Shown: positions 60,728 through 64,000 of the stretch, one piece after another
How positions within the stretch are numbered: the first letter of the stretch is position 1
Layout: each line of letters begins with the position of its first letter
Assembly: GCA_030390025.1 (NCBI GenBank)
Contig: CM059432.1
Coordinates: 14,262,001-14,326,000 of the forward strand
Direction of reading: 5' to 3'
Source of the DNA: Squalus acanthias
Taxonomy: Eukaryota
Length of the DNA stretch: 64,000 nt
Notes under the pieces: generated by a model
Databases searched by the model: none
The model's input: the letters and a program-made list of their open reading frames with translations, nothing else
Told to the model about the DNA's origin: nothing
Position numbers and translations under genes: made by a program

Positions 60728-61475
60728 ACAAGAATAACAACAAATGGCATTTATATAGCACCTTTAACGTAGTCCAGAACCGGGGGTCACAGTCTAAGGA
60801 TAAGGGGTAAGCCAGTGAGGACTGAGATGAGGAGGAATTTCTTCACCCAGAGAGTGGTGAACCTGTGGAATTCTCTACCACAGAAGGCAGTTGAGGCCAA
60901 TTCATTAAATATATTCAAGAAGGAGTTAGATATATTTCTTAAGGCTAAAGGGATCAAGGGATATGGGGAGAAAGCAGGGACAGGGTACTGAATTTGGATG
61001 ATCAGCCATGATCTTATTAAATGGCGGAGCAGGCTCGAGGGGCCAAATGGCCTACTCCTGCTCCTATCTTCTATGTTTCTATGTAAAACATCCCAAGGCG
61101 CTTCAGAGGAGCGTTATCATTAAAAAAAATCTGACACCTAGCCATATAAGGAGAAATTGGGATAGGTTACCAAAAACAAAGAGATAGGGTTTCAGGAGCG
61201 TCTTAAAGGAGGAGAGAGAGGTAGCGAGGCGGAGAGGCTTAAGGAGGGAATTCTAGGGCTTCGGGCCCAGGCAGCTGAAGGCACGGCTGCCAATGGTGGA
61301 GCGATTAAAATTGGGGATGTGCAAGAGTCCAGAATTGGAGGAGCAGAGAGATCTCGGAGAGATGTAAAGCTGGAGGAGGTTACAGAGATAGATGGGGTGA
61401 GGCCATGGCGGGATTTGAAAACAAGGATGCAAATTTAAAAATTGAAGCATTGCGGGATTGGGAGCCAATGTGGGT
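60728..61475 (-). mobile_element. L2-type LINE 3' region (host of the CR1 above)
   Basis: Reverse complement of the tail ...gaagcgccttgggatgtttt..acgttaaaggtgctatataaatgc; IGSRAFSCLGP-type L2 C-terminal motif. Confidence 0.75.
60773..61084 (+). mobile_element. CR1 3' fragment inserted in an L2-type 3' tail
   Basis: Closely matches about 32460-32772; the host rejoins as cctttaacgtagt|aaaacatcccaaggcgcttc. Confidence 0.9.
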
Positions 61476-64000
61476 CAGCGAGTTTTGGCAGAGGAGAGCA
61501 GGGTCCGATAGTGCTTGTTCTGGTCCAGCCAGATCTGGTGATGAATGGTTGAACTAGTTGTGCACCATATATGTTCCAAGTCTGCACCCCTTGGATATAA
61601 AGGAGTGACAATGGGGGGGGGGGGGGCCTTACTAGGAGGAATGACCAGGGTGGGAGAGAGTAAGGGTTTTACTGGGGACAAGTGCATCAAAGGCAGAGGT
61701 GAGTCAGTGATTGAGCAGGTCGACAGCTGCAGAATTATCGTGGCGAAAGGAGGGCCAAAGGCTGGACAGTTGGGAGTTTGAAAGTGCCGATGTAAGTGAC
61801 TTGGGGGGGGAAGAGTTTTTTCCAGGGACGGACACAGAAGGAAGTGGGTTGGAAGGGGGATGTGAGTGGTGAGGGAGATAAGGTAGTGATCAGATATGGC
61901 CTTGTCTGTGATTGAGACGATGGGAATAGAGTGGCCTCATGAGATGGGCAGTATAGTCAGTTTTCTGACGTAGGCAAATGTGGCAATTTGCGTACCAGAA
62001 GGTCCCATAAACAGCAGTGAGAAAAATGACCAGCTAATCTGTTTTAACAACCATGTCGTAACATTCACATGTCCCTCTTGCTCCTGCTTACCTCTTAACT
62101 AGAGCTATGGAACTGGTCAGCAGTGCTGTCATTTTAAGGCCAACAATTAAAAAATAATTTCAAAATCCTCAAGTCTGAACTGAATATTGCTATGAAGCTG
62201 CAGGTTATAAGTTCATATCATAAAGTACACCTGCAGCAGCTGAAAATCCAGTTTTCATGATCCTAAGCCTCAAGTTTGTCATCGCCCAAAGGGAAATTTG
62301 CAATTTATCTGTCGAGTTGTTAAATCTCTTTGCAGTTTATACTTTTCTCGTGAACAACTGCTTTACCCATATGATTTGGCATAATCTGCAAACTTAATAC
62401 CTTTATTGAAATAATTTATTAATACTAGCCTGCAGACGCTAAATAATAATTAATGCTCGTCAATCACTTGGCCACTGGGAAAAATTATTTTAAAAAAGGT
62501 GAAATAAAAAGGAAAAGCTCTAAATGCTGGTTAATGTAGAAGAGGCATGCGGAGCGGGCCAAAGAAAAAGGGAAGGCATGCAGGAAAGCGGAGAGGTGAG
62601 CAGAAACAGTTACAAAAGAGTCGGTCAGAAAGAGAGTCACAATCACGAAGACAGATACTGATTTTTAAAATAAAAAGAGAACATGCTGGAAACACACATC
62701 AGGTCAGTCAGCATATAGAAAGAGAAACGGCAGGTTGTGACAGCTAGCAGATAAACAGGCATTTTAGTAAGGTTGGAAACTGAAAGAAAAAGCGGAGCGG
62801 AGTAGTGCAGATTAAAAAAAACAGACGGACTAATCACAGAGAGGAAGCTGATGTGCGAATGACCTACAAACTGCTAATTAAAGATCATTTGCGCTTGAAG
62901 ATTGAAAACGTCCTATAACTGGCGGTGGACCCTGATTTGCAAACACAAACAGCCTCCTGCCTGTTTCTGGGAGGAATGCTGGGCGGCCCCTTCCAAGCCT
63001 ACCCGTAAATTGTATCAGGCGGGCCTTGGGTGCCCAAGAGGTGCTGCTGTTTCCCTCCCATTTGCAACTGCCGTAAATTGCCCCAATCTTTAATAGTGTT
63101 GCAGAAAGGCAGTAGTGAGTGTTAATTTCACATTAACAGCACTTACGATGTTGGAAGAGTGCTTCTTTTCTTAAACAAAATTTACAACGTTTACTCCATG
63201 AATGAGGAAACTATTTTCTAATTAATTAATCTGTTTAGACCATTATGCCCGAGAAGCCATTACTAATGGTCGATACAAGTTTAATGCAGTATCATTAAAG
63301 CAGATGGATGGGAGGGGGACGACCAAAGAGGGTTCAGGAACCACATTTAGTTTATCATTTTCTTTTCTGAAAATCATTGCAGAAGTTGATTAAGAAAAAA
63401 TCTTTTTCAATGACTTGTACATTATGGATATTTTATAAAGTCTAAAATTAATAAAAGAGCAAAAAGGAGATCCAGATTGAGAAAGGTCCATTGTGTCCAC
63501 TTTATTCAGAGTCCTGTATGATTACTATATCACAGACTTCTCTCCCACACGCTTCCTTGATCCTCTACTTTAGGGAACGCTAATTTCCTTTCCCAGCCTT
63601 CAATAAAAAAAAATGACAATGTAATCTTTCCTGTCTGTCAAAATCGCTCCATGTATAATAAACAGAGGATACTCAATGATGTTTAAGACATTGATTTTAA
63701 ACGTTGAGGGAGCCCTGGCCTTCATTAAAAAATAAAACCACTATCTTACCTCTCACTGTCTATGACTCTCACCACATCTTGGTAATACAGAGAACAACTT
63801 GTGGATAAACATCAAAATGTGCTTCACAGGGGTGTAAGGAATATGGACGTCCAGCGAAGATGGAAAATTTAAGAGGGATGATCAAAGGCTTGGTGAAAAA
63901 GGTGGGGTTTATGGAGGGTCTCCTTAAGGATGAGAGAGAGGTAGAGGGGTTTAGGGAGGGATTTCCAGAGAGTGGGACCATGGTGGTTGATGGCACCAGA

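Overview
Repeat-dense vertebrate genomic DNA, probably from a cartilaginous fish (inferred from the mix of CR1, L2, RTE and Penelope-like elements and DeuSINE-type SINEs; not verifiable here). The main feature is an apparently intact 4,234-bp PIF/Harbinger DNA transposon (37273-41506). It has 12-bp TIRs and a TAT target duplication, and it splits a CR1 LINE. It carries an uninterrupted 386-aa DDE transposase and a convergent three-exon Myb/SANT gene (about 488 aa when spliced) that the ORF track shows only in pieces. The window also holds an internally deleted relative, several Harbinger-type MITEs with 3-bp TSDs, and two fossil Myb genes. A second theme is short Penelope-like fold-back insertions, some with 13-16 bp TSDs, carrying minimal type-I hammerhead ribozyme motifs (intact at about 3186-3223 and 33683-33717). 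A third is a tRNA-headed element fused to a LINE endonuclease start and a LINE 3' tail. The only plausible host-gene sequence is a minus-strand terminal coding exon (47265-47480) followed by a repeat-free 3' UTR of about 2 kb. No prokaryotic features, rRNA or CRISPR arrays were seen.
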